64,000 nucleotides of DNA from assembly GCA_951406725.2 (NCBI GenBank), contig OX597815.1:97216001-97280000 (forward strand), written 5' to 3'. This DNA is from Octopus vulgaris. Taxonomy: Eukaryota. A program made the position numbers and the translations under genes. The notes below the pieces were generated by a model. That model was not told where the DNA came from. It saw nothing but the letters and a program-made list of their open reading frames with translations, and made no database searches. Below are positions 30,160 to 41,430 of the stretch, piece by piece; position 1 is the first letter of the stretch; every line of letters starts with the position of its first letter.

Positions 30160-30940
30160 ATTTGCAAGATATTTCAAATCCCACAAATTCATCAAGACCT
30201 AATGTAAAATTAGTATACGTGACCTCTCACAATTTACAATATCACATACACAAACTAAATGACACAAAACTAAATAGAAGAACACTAGAGGGGAAATACG
30301 AAGAATTCGAAGCTAATAACGCTATAAACAACGGTGAAATCGTTGGAAACAGGAATAATAAAAGCTCGTCTATAGCAAAAACGGACCCAAACAATCACAC
30401 AATGAAAGGTACAATCTATGCATAAATTTTTTTTAAATGAGTACAAGATTACAGGAGGGAAAAGAAATAGGATCACCAATACTATCTCCACAAGCAGAAC
30501 AGAAACATCGACATAATTTATAACTGCAGACGAAAAGAGGAATGCAGTTTTAACGAGAACTGCATGATAAGGAATGTACAAATGTAAGGTGAAGACGGGT
30601 ACACAGAAATACGTGTATATTAGTGACACCGATGGCACCATGAAAAGTCGTCTGCATAACCATCTCTCATCATTTTCAAATATAAATAAAAGACCTTTCA
30701 CATCTCTACCAAACATCGCAGAAGTGAGTGGATCATACGACCCACTGGTCCATTATAAACAATGCTACACTATTTAACGGAACATCACGGGTATGCATCC
30801 TATGCCAAGAAGAATCTCTGAAAATCATCACAACCTGGGAAAACGTGGTAACTAGGCAATCTGAGGTGATTGTATCATATAAACATAAGATCAAAACATC
30901 ATTTCTGAAATTTGATAAAAAATTTCAAACAAAATAGCAC
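30160..30940 (+). mobile_element. Penelope-like element remnant (post-RT linker and GIY-YIG endonuclease)
   Basis: RPNVKLVYVTSHNL, MYKCKVKTGTQKYVYISDTDGTMKSRLHNHLSSF, and WSIINNA...SRVCILCQEESLKII...RQSEVIVSYKH resemble degenerate PLE GIY-YIG C-termini. Confidence 0.75.
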
Positions 30941-31292
30941 AGTAGAGAACAGTGAAGGAACCCAAACAAATAAACTAACAAACCAATATTTATACCACCA
31001 GAAACAGAGATAATGTCACCAAAAGAAAATATAAGTTATCAATTCAATCAACAAGCTCAAACAAATGGTAGAAATAGTAGCAGTACCAAATGACCTCGTT
31101 GACTTCAAAATTTGTTCAAGATAGACTTGCTTTAAATGAAGTCAATCAATGAATGTGCTACCCATCCCTAACATCTGCCGAATGAACAGGAAAATAAGTC
31201 CATCACCACCACACACACCTCCATATAACTACCATTCTTTCCTCCATTGACATCGCCACCCCTCCTCCCCACCAAATACCGACAAAATATCC

Positions 31293-31611
31293 TGACTGTG
31301 GTCATGCTGGAGCACCGCCTTTAGTCAAGCAAATCGACCCCAGGACTTATTCTTTGTAAGCCTAGTACTTATTATATCGGTCTCTTTTGCCGAACCACTA
31401 CATTACGGGGATGGGAACACACTGGCATCGGTTGTCAAGCGATGTTTGGGGGACAAACACAGACACACACACATATATGTATGCATATATACGACGGGCT
31501 TCGTTAAGTTTCCGTCTTCCAAATCCACTCACAAGGCTTTCTAGAAGACACTTCCCCAAGGTGCCACGTTGTGGGATTCAACCCGGAACCATGTGGTTGG
31601 TAAGCAAGCTA
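31293..31611 (-). mobile_element. SINE family A copy (antisense)
   Basis: Reverse complement of family A: gactgtggtcatgctggagcaccgccttt ... aagtttccgtcttccaaatccactcacaaggc ... accatgtggttggtaagcaagct. Confidence 0.85.
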
Positions 31612-32736
31612 CGAACTCATTCTCTTTCCTTTCTCTCTTTCTGCATGCATACACCCACGCACTCCCCCCACCACACACACGCACCCATACTCACGCACAA
31701 CAACAATATATTTATATATAGGAGTAACATAAGATATAGATTCAGAGAATCTTGCGGCTCCCACAAGAAGCTCCTCTGACAGACTTTGCTATCAATCCAT
31801 ATGGTAATTAATTACAAAGAAATCTAATGAAGTATGTCGATGTAAATGAAAATTCAAAATTTCCGTTCTCTGTAGTCATTTGATGAGGAGGTATAAAACA
31901 ATGATATGAAGAGACAAAAGACGAGAATAAATATTTATTTAACTACATGACGTTCGATAGGATTACGGCCGTTTCACATCATCCATGTAGTACTGATTTC
32001 AGTATGAAAGAAATTATTTGTACGTTTATAAGTATGCTCAGCATTATGCGATGAAATTTAAGGTATTGAGCTCGATTTTTAAAGCCAACAAGTACGCACA
32101 ATTACTTCAATACTGACATTAATATTACATAAGAAGGATGCAAAATGGCTGATGTCTTATGGAAGTTATATAGTTAAATAAATATATATCCACCCAGATT
32201 TATCGGATTTCATTGCTTTTATTTATAGATTTAGATCGTTCTTTCTCCATTTCTCTCCCCTCTCTGTCTCTCTCATATACATATATATATATATATATAT
32301 ATTTATATACATATATGCACGCACACATACATACATACATACATACATACATACATACATGCATACATACATACATACACACTCTCGAACATATGTAAGG
32401 AGTTACTCGTCTTACTTAACGTTAAGAGCCCAACTTTAAAATTTAGAATTTTATACTTGAATTAATGTAAAGAGCGGCAGGTATCTTCGTTTTCTCTCTC
32501 TTTCAAAAACTATAAATATTAATGCTAAGATATTTATCTTGATATCGAGTGTTTAAAAGAAAAAGATTTTAAAAGCCAACGGCAATGTAAAAAAAAAAAA
32601 CAACTCAAATAATATCATCCAACTGATTTTTTATTCTTCTTATGCATACATGGTGCAGAACTAATATTCTCCGTTCTATATATTCCCTGATAAACATCAA
32701 GTGTATCATTCGTTTTGAAGCGCTGTGAACCATATA

Positions 32737-32979
32737 CTCTTTTACACTCTTACTGTGGTCATGCTGGAGTGCCGCCTTTAGCCGAGCAAATCGACTATAT
32801 ATATATACATATATACGACGGGATTCTTTCAGTTTCCGTCTACCAAATACACACACAAGGATTTTGTCGGTCCGAGGCTATAGTAGTAGACACTTGCCCA
32901 AGGTGCCACGCAGTGCGACTGAACACAGAAGCATGTGGTTGGTAAGCAAGCTACTTACCACACAGCCACTCTTGCGCCT
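32737..32979 (-). mobile_element. SINE family A copy (antisense, internally deleted)
   Basis: actgtggtcatgctggagtgccgcctttag ... cagtttccgtctaccaaat ... cttaccacacagccactcttgcgcct. Confidence 0.85.
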
Positions 32980-33129
32980 TAAAAGTGGTTATAGTGAATC
33001 CTATGTATTTGAAAATTAGGCATTTAATAACGATAAAAATCTCACAAATAATTCTAATTTTTAGAAACAAAACTTTATTTTCAGGCAAATTTCGTCTGAC
33101 CAAGTGTCAAAAAATAACAACTGAGTATG

Positions 33130-33410
33130 TTTATACATCTTGTAATGTTCTTACATCGCAGTAAGACATACTCTGGGGAGCACTACGCTTTTGATCCTCT
33201 GCAAGAACATTTGATTAGTTCTTTGGCTAGGCTGGATATCTTTGGAATTGTTACTCAAGTTGGTATCACACGTTCTGGTATATGCACGTTCCTGTGGAGG
33301 AGAAACCTAACTATGGTTGCGTACTAATCATGTAGATTCCTGCTTGATAAATCATGAAAGTTGCTCAGAGGATTGGGAGGCTGCATATGTGCAACCGTCA
33401 GGATTTTTGG
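33130..33410 (-). mobile_element. DNA-transposon ORF remnant with a C-terminal cysteine-rich (CXC-like) segment; superfamily not assigned
   Basis: Frameshifted minus-strand reading IYQAGI...PPQERAYT...IPT*VTIPKISSLAKELIKCSCRG resembles the YQA..W....P...W.T.P....ELIKC.C tail common in invertebrate transposon proteins. Confidence 0.45.
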
Positions 33411-34470
33411 CATATGCTGTAATCTATCAAAAAGTGATTAGTAAACTGAACTTGATTTCAATGGAATTTTTTTTTCAGACAACAATGTGACTATAATACA
33501 ACGATGAAACTATTTAAAAACAATTTAATTTGAGTTTTTATGTTCTTTGCGACGTATACAATTGATCTAAACACACAGATACATACTACAACCACCACCA
33601 CCACCACTGCCACAATTCACAAAAATCACCACAACCTCCACCACCACCATCATCATTATCATCATCATCGTCATCATTATCCTCATTTCGAATCGGAAAT
33701 ATTCAGTTTCTTAAACAATTGACATCATATGACTATACACACACACACGCACACATGCACAAACATACACATATATGCGTGTATATATATATATATATGC
33801 GTGTATATATACATATATGTATATTTATATACGTATACATATATGTGTGCGTATGAGTATGTGTAGTGTGTACGCGTTAGAGTGTGAATATACTTGTATG
33901 TATGTTTATATGAATACATATGCATGCATCTATGCTTTTCAGGTTTAGGGCTATATGCAAGTATGTGTGTATACGTCTGTGTCTGAATATATTTATGCAT
34001 ACAGGTATGTTTGGATGTAAATCACCATATAACCAACTTGTGACGATCAATTTAACAGGCGGCATTTTTTCGACACCAGTGCATACATGATAGATATGTT
34101 GCCATCGATATATTTGCAGCCCATACGTCTTTGAAATGGTATAATATATCCTATGTCAAAGTTCACGGATATGTTACTGAAACAATACTTTAATTGACTT
34201 CTAAACTACCTATTACTTGAAATGATATCTACATCTTTATTTCTTTGCTTTGGAACTATTTTGTCACATTAACAAAACATATTTTGTTCGAAGGTTGTAA
34301 CCTTCTTATGTTTTGTTTAATAGAATAAAATCAGCTCTATCCCCCAACAAATAGAGAGCTACAAATGATTACACACATATATACATATGTATATGACTGT
34401 GTATTTACATATATATGTGTGTACGTGTGTGTCTGTCTGTTTCTGTGTCTGGCTGTCTGTGTACGTGTGC

Positions 34471-34589
<119 letters not shown>

Positions 34590-35380
34590 CAGCTAAGCAG
34601 AATGTAATACTATACATGAGAAACGTTTAGTCGTCGCTATATGTAACTGAGAGTCCCGAAGGACCTACATTGCTAGAAATAAGAGCTAAAAAGTCTTAAT
34701 GGTGTAAGGAGAGCGCAATATATATACACTAACAGGAGAAGTAACCACCCCATTAAGGTCTCTAGAATCACTAGAAGAGAATATATATATACAAGATGGA
34801 GCTGAAAATAGCGCAGAGGTAAGTCTAAGACAGTTTAACTCAAGAGGGAATTTAAAAAAAAAACGATATTAACATTTATATAAATAAAATATTACCGGTT
34901 TCGTTACATCTGATCTTATCAAATATCAGTAAAACGTTATGAATAATTGAAATGTAAACATTTTATCCTCTGTCTGAGGATCAAGAACATGCCTGGAGAT
35001 TTTTCAGCATTAAGTGCTGCAGCATGCCTTTGCTGATCTTGGAAAAGTCTCGTCTACTTTCTGTATTGAGACTCCATCAGACGGGCTGCAGCGTGCCTTT
35101 CCAGGTCTTGAAATAGTCGTATCTCCTTTCTCTGTTGAGACTCTCGCCTTCGGTTTTCCACGATCCCCCTTGCTTTATACTTGTTTCTGGAGAGATATTA
35201 TCTTTTCTTTGATAGCATATTTCAATATTGCAAATATACAATTATGAGTGATGGAAAACTTATACATTCATTTCTATCTTTGCAAGCAGTTGCATGTCTT
35301 TATTTTTGTATGCAGTGTAAATAGAAGCATATGTACGAACTGCTAATTTAACGGTAAATGCTACAATAATTGATAGTTTA

Positions 35381-35881
35381 TTGCCAACTTAATGTGGCAG
35401 TCCCAGGAAAGAGAACAATGCTATTGCAATTTAGCCCTAAGAAACATCGTTTATGGTTGGCTACGTGACACAAGCGTACTGTGTCCTTACGTTTTCAAAC
35501 AAGGGTGATAAGCAACTCCACCCCAAAAGGCCAGCAACCAGAGACTAGTTTCAGGGTTGTTGTCCTTCATCATTCTGGAGTAGCTTGGCCTTGCTAGCTG
35601 TTGAAAACTTAGAATATCAAGTGGAATAAATTCACTGATCTACAAAGTTGGAAATATTGCACTTCTAAATCTCTCAGACAGAGTTGTACAGTAGGAGCAC
35701 GAACATGTGATGGCTTGTTGTCAACTTAATGTGGTAGTCCTAGGAAAGGGAATAATGCTACTGCTATTTAGCATCAAGAAACACCGTTTGTGGACTACCA
35801 CATTAAGTTGGCAACAAACCATCACTTTATCGTGCTGCTAATGTGCAACTCTCTCTGAGAGACTTAGAAATGCAATATTTC
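35381..35881 (-). mobile_element. ORF-less element: 337-bp unit with 72-bp direct repeat, 90-bp inverted repeat and an internal hammerhead
   Basis: Direct repeat 35381-35452 / 35718-35789. Inverted repeat 35651-35740 / 35792-35881. HHR at 35538-35578. (TA)n follows at ~35915. Confidence 0.7.
35538..35578 (-). ncRNA. Type I minimal hammerhead motif, C3 mutated to A
   Basis: Reverse complement reads ccaga-aTGATGA-agg(acaacaac)cct-GAAAC-ta-GTC-tctgg. Stem I is a perfect 5 bp, stem II is 3 bp, and helix III (CTAG) is palindromic. Confidence 0.7.
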
Positions 35882-35913
35882 TAAGCCACATTAATTATTA
35901 TAGATAAATGTTG

Positions 35914-35955
<42 letters not shown>

Positions 35956-36509
35956 CACATGTATTAAATGTTGATTTAAGGGTTAATTCGTAACTGTAAA
36001 AATCCTGCAACCTTGCAACTGTTGCGATAATTATTAACTGGTAATTGAGCGGTAAATGCGTATTTTTAAATATCTTGGACCTGACACCTCATTGTTTTTT
36101 GTCAAGGGTTTCACCTACAGCCGTTCGTCATGTCAGTCAACACATATATACTGATACATCATTTCGCTGTGGAGGTCATAAAGTCGGAAAGTGGCCGATC
36201 CGTAATGTTGTTCACATTAGGATCAAAATTATTCATTTATTTTAAATATAATAGAAATGAGATGAACCTAGTGTTATCACATTAGAATTCAAAGTGAAAG
36301 AAGAAAAGTGAAACAATATCATCCGTTGTCTTTAATACCGAAACAGTTTAAAAGATAGCTCCGGACCCGCATTATGTAATGGCTTGAACATTCGTTTGGA
36401 TCATGACACTCCAAGGACGCTATGCAATGCATGTGTAAAATTTGAAGGAAATGGGTTGGGTAATTCTTGAGTTTTGGGGATTCACATGGACCGACACATA
36501 TTTTCAGTG

Positions 36510-36563
<54 letters not shown>

Positions 36564-36808
36564 ATACATACAAACATACAAACATACATACATACATACA
36601 TACATACATACATACATACATACATACATACATACATGCATGCATGCATACGGTAATCACAAAAGCACACATTTATTTGCACTGACACATACACGTTGGA
36701 AATGTCTCTTTGAATCGTTAACATTTTATACACTTATAAACTCTGAATATCGACTTAAAAGTGTCTTAGAGATGGATTTTAGTCATTCCTTTTCAATTTT
36801 CATTTCAG

Positions 36809-37066
36809 TATGTCAACAAATTAAAAAAGGTGTTGCCGCGATTTTTGGACCAATATCTACTGTATCTGCTGCACACGTGCAATCAATATGTGGATCACTT
36901 CAAATTCCGAACTTACACACAGAATGGGATTCGAGGGATGTAAATGTCAGGAGTTTTTTCGCCATCAACATTTACCCCCACTACCAGACAATGGGAAGAG
37001 CTTACCTAGATCTTATCCGGTACTGGGGTTGGAGGAAGTTTGCAGTTTTATATGAAGATAATGACG
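36809..37066 (+). CDS. GRIK2-like: Internal coding exon (258 bp, phase 1-1) of a kainate-type ionotropic glutamate receptor, amino-terminal (LIVBP-like/ANF receptor) domain
   Basis: Translation (V)CQQIKKGVAAIFGPISTVSAAHVQSICGSLQIPNLHTEWD...FAINIYPHYQTMGRAYLDLIRYWGWRKFAVLYEDND(G) matches kainate-receptor ATD motifs (GVAAIFGP, VQSIC...PH, YP, DL...W). Acceptor is ttttcaattttcatttcAG ending at 36808; donor is GTAAGT at 37067. Confidence 0.93.
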
Positions 37067-40000
37067 GTAAGTAACAATTGATTTAGTTTCATTGAGTTTA
37101 TCATTTATCTGGAACAGTAAATAAGTACAGGAACAGTAAATAGCTTCGTTTCTGTCTATTTTTGTTTCGATAAGATTTATAAATAATAAGAATAAGCATA
37201 TGTTTGAGGGTGGGTGGCCTGTTATTTCAGGAGTTGGATGTTTCTTGTAGGATCATGAGGTTGATTCCTTGACCAGAAAATGCCCTATGTCACACAAGGA
37301 AACACTTCACGGTGTTTCAATCTACTTTATTAAAAATGTGTACCAGCCGAATGCTATTTGAACCCCAACGTCTTCTAGGTGTTATGTCAGATGTCGAGAC
37401 AAAATGGTGTCTATATATACTCGTTACAATATATACATCTATAATGATTAGAGAAAACATAGTACATAATATGAAGCCCTTCTCGTTTGCGAGTGACGAC
37501 TATGGTTAATGGTAAACTCGATATTTGGAAATCATTATTTAATGTAAATCGTGAAGTTTTCAAGTATATGACACAGAGGAAATAGTTTGTCAATTAATAT
37601 GGATTCTAATTATTGCAATAGGAAACTTTGAAATACAACATAGTAATTCGTTAGCAACACGTCTGATAATTAATAGATTTTATTTTCGTAATTAAAATAT
37701 TCTATTTGTTATTTTAGTAACGCAATGTGCATTATCTAAGATATTGAATCCTAATTAAATTGCTAAATTATTTCGTTCAGTTATTGATATTTATGTTTAG
37801 CATATATGAAATAGCTTTTGCTTCAGTTTGGATTCGTTTATTCTGCATTTGAAATATAACACAACAGTATATACAATTTCTTTAAAACGTATAATTTATA
37901 TTATTTGTGTTATTAGACTTAACATCTTCAGTAACAGGTCGTATAATCTATAGCATTTGTCATACAATTAATCACGTAGACTTCTACATAGGTATATAAT
38001 GTAGGATTCTTGTCCAGCACGTGAAGAAATACCACTGAATAAGTGAAACGTTTTCACGCTACAGATCTTTTACTTCCTTTCAATTATTCTCTTTTGCACA
38101 AGCTGTTTCAACAGCAGAATTGATCATTTTTTACTAAGAGTTACGATGCCTTCCAGCCATCTTTGTTTTAGTAATCCTCAAACACAATTCTGAACTAATT
38201 ATCCGTTATTTGTATGCGCTTTCTTTCTGCAATCTTCAAACTGGATAGTCAATCATCTCGCATTTTCTTTTGAATTGTTGTTTATATTGTTTGATCTATT
38301 CAATTTGTTACTCCCAGGGTAAAATATTACAAAAAGTGAAGGTAAGATAAAAGATAAACTTGTGCATCGAATTACACAAAAGAAAGCAATTCTCTGAGAT
38401 AGCTCTTGGTGTTTAGTATTTTATATCCAATATAAACTCGCTGTGCATTGTTACAATATCTATTGGAAGTAAGCACATGAAAAGCAAGCTGCAAAGTGGA
38501 TCGTGCTAGCTATCGAAAACATACCTTAATTATTCTTTGCTCAATAACATGGTGAAAACAATCTTTTAAATACAAGATATTTCGAATAGCATTCTTGCTT
38601 TGAACTAGTTTCTATTGTGACCTCTGAAATGACAATAACGTAACGTTGGGAAAATATCAATGGGTGTTTATATATAATGTACTGATAATAGAATGCATTT
38701 GACATAAACTAAACTGCAGCCTTCTGTGTTTATCAACTCGGTAGTATTTTACATTTGTTTGGAATAATCTCCACGTAAATATTCACTGCGACAAACAAAA
38801 AGACGACTGAAAATAATTTGTTTAAGCTTCTGAATGTTCTAACCGTAATTGAAGCGGAGAATAAATGTGCAAATTAGCTCCTGAATGATTTCTTAATTCA
38901 GCAGTAGAAGTAAAAAAAGAAAGAAAAAAAAAGATTTTCATGAAACTGGCATTAATGTTTATATATAGCAGCATTCGTCTAATTTGTTGGCATCAATTGT
39001 TGAATATTGAATTCAATGACATTCAATGTATATTGCAGTAAATTACGAGAAATTTTCTGCTGGTTATTCCAAACCATGTTGAATCAAATAACTTATTAAC
39101 ATTCTTCTATACCCATCTGTTGCTGAAGTCTGAGACAATTACATGAAGTCCTTCTTCATAATTAGGTTTGAAATGAAGCTAACATGCTATATTGATGCGT
39201 TGATGTTCCTGGTTTAATCTGCGTCGAATTAGTATACGAGATGACTCGTAGTTATCGCTGCATTATTTCCCTGAAATAATGTGAAATACCATGTATTTAA
39301 CAAAATTATTATCAGTGCTTACTTTTCTTCGCCACAGTAAATGTTTGCATGAAAGTCGTTTCAAATTGTTTCAGAGTGAAGGAAAAACCTCCGAATTGTT
39401 GAATAGAAATATTTGCAATTGATTTTGTATACCCTTCATTTTATAATTAGTTCATTACATAGGGAATCATTTATTGATGTTTTCCTGCCGTTGGGTTATT
39501 GGCATTCCATCGACTATTTATGACTCTTTCAGGGATATTGGAATTGAAAGGAAAGTGTAAAACTTACAAGGGAAAACTGAATGTAGAACATCCATAACCC
39601 AGTAAAATTTGTTTTATCTATAATACTCCTACGCAATGTGTACTCCAACACTTTAAAAAGCATTTGTTTTAATAAATTAAACATAACTACATGGGCATAT
39701 CTTAATAACACCATTTTTCCGGACACTTAGATGCACTTTCTGCACATTCTCATACTGTACATTCTCAAGTGTACTTTTGGATTATTTCGGAAGAAACGAT
39801 ACCTACTCTTCCCGTTTCACCCTCTCCCTCTATCTACCTATTTACCTATCCATCTATCTAGCAATCTCTCTAACATCTACATATCTCCTTTCACATCTCT
39901 CTCTCCATCTCCCTTCATATATATACGCACACTCGCAGAGACATATGCATATTCAATTGGTCCCTGAATGCAAATAATTCCTCAAATGCTTACTCAAAAA

Positions 40001-40901
40001 CCACACGGAATAGTTTACAGTGTATGAGAGCATATGGCCTGATGATATATTCGGTCAATCGATGTTTAATCAGAAGAAATAATATATTGGAATTGAATTA
40101 ATCTACTTTGTCCATTTGTTCTGTTGTCCAAGTGTTAATTGATTTCGAGGATAATATTAGCTAGTCCCAAGCAGAGTGGACGAACTAACCCAGTATTTTA
40201 ATTATTTTTTCAAAACAACTTATTTGATGAAATACAGGATTATCTGACACGAGTATACAATCAATAGTTCTTAAGCCATATGTAAATCATTGAAAACTTA
40301 AATTTCATGGACTTTATCAACAAGGCTGGGGCATTTATTAGTTATCAGTTTTTTTTTAATACAGATTGATTTTAAATAATGTAAAACAATGTTAGGGAAC
40401 ACTAACGTGTTTTATCTAATTGCTTTTAATTTCAACCGAAGAGTAAATAGCTTTAGCTTCAAACCCGTTTCATTCGGGCATGTTATATTTGACTGTTTAT
40501 TTATCAATCAATACGTTTAGAACAAGATAATGAAGTTGGCATCTAAACACAGACAGGATCTAAATGTTTTGCCAATAACGGTCTAATCAATAAAACAGGT
40601 CAAGTGTAGGATGGAAAAATGGAAAAATGCTCGGTTATGAATTCCATTCAATTGGTTATGTACTCCGAAATTATAGAAACTCGAACAGTATCATGTATTA
40701 AAAGAAGACTCAAATTGAAAGTAGTTTTCCACTTTTTGGTTTCGCATTGCAGAAATAATTAAAAATGACTTGTATTCAAAGCCTTATGATATGAAGACAT
40801 ACATGCACACATGCAGACACAAACACAAACGCACGCACATATACACAAATACACATACACACAAACACACACAGACACATACACTTATTTATGTGTATAT
40901 A

Positions 40902-40940
<39 letters not shown>

Positions 40941-40944
<4 letters not shown>

Positions 40945-41099
40945 GCAGGACTGGCTGCGTTGTATGTACTTTGCTCACCAACCAGATGGTTCCGGGTTCA
41001 GTTCCACTGCGTGGCATCTTGGACAAGTGTCTTCTACTATAGCCTCTGGCCTCCAATGCTTTGTGAGTGGATTTGGTAGACAGAAACTGGAAGCCCTTC

Positions 41100-41178
<79 letters not shown>

Positions 41179-41430
41179 TGTGTGTGTGTATGTGTGTCTG
41201 TATGTCTGTGTCTGTATATATTTGCGTGTTTGTATTTTTGCCCCTATCATCGCTTGACAAGTGTTGTTGGTGTGTGTACATCCCCCGTAACTTAGTGGTT
41301 CGGCAAAACATACCGATACAATAAGTACTAGGCTTACAAAGAATAAGTCCTCTAGTCGATTTGTTCAACTAAAGAAAGTGATCCAGCATGGCCGCCGTCA
41401 AATGACTGAAAGAAACAGAAGAATAAAAGA
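40941..41430 (+). mobile_element. tRNA-derived SINE family A (internal TA/TG microsatellite), full length
   Basis: Head ...tggttccgggttcagttccactgcgtggc; body ggatttggtagacagaaactg; tail ccagcatggccgccgtcaaatgactgaaa...gaataaaaga. Homologous to the copies at 63575-63945, 31293-31611 and 32737-32979. Confidence 0.85.

Larger units (their letters stand above)
35003..36520 (-). mobile_element. Probable Helitron 5' fragment, interrupted by the hammerhead element
   Basis: The minus strand from ~36520 starts tatatatataacactgaaaatatgtgtcggtcc...ttccttcaaattttacac, the style of a non-autonomous Helitron 5' end. Downstream on the same strand is a 69-bp/23-aa repeat ESQQRKEIRLFQDLERHAAARLM / ESQYRK*TRLFQDQQRHAAALNA (35143-35003). 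Confidence 0.5.

Noticed and set aside
31961-32004. Minus-strand GAAAC-ggcc-GTA hammerhead half
   Set aside because: No recognisable CUGANGA box or stem I.
36442-36808. 5' part of the 210-aa ORF 36442-37074
   Set aside because: It runs through TA/CATA repeats upstream of a clear splice acceptor; receptor similarity starts only at 36809.
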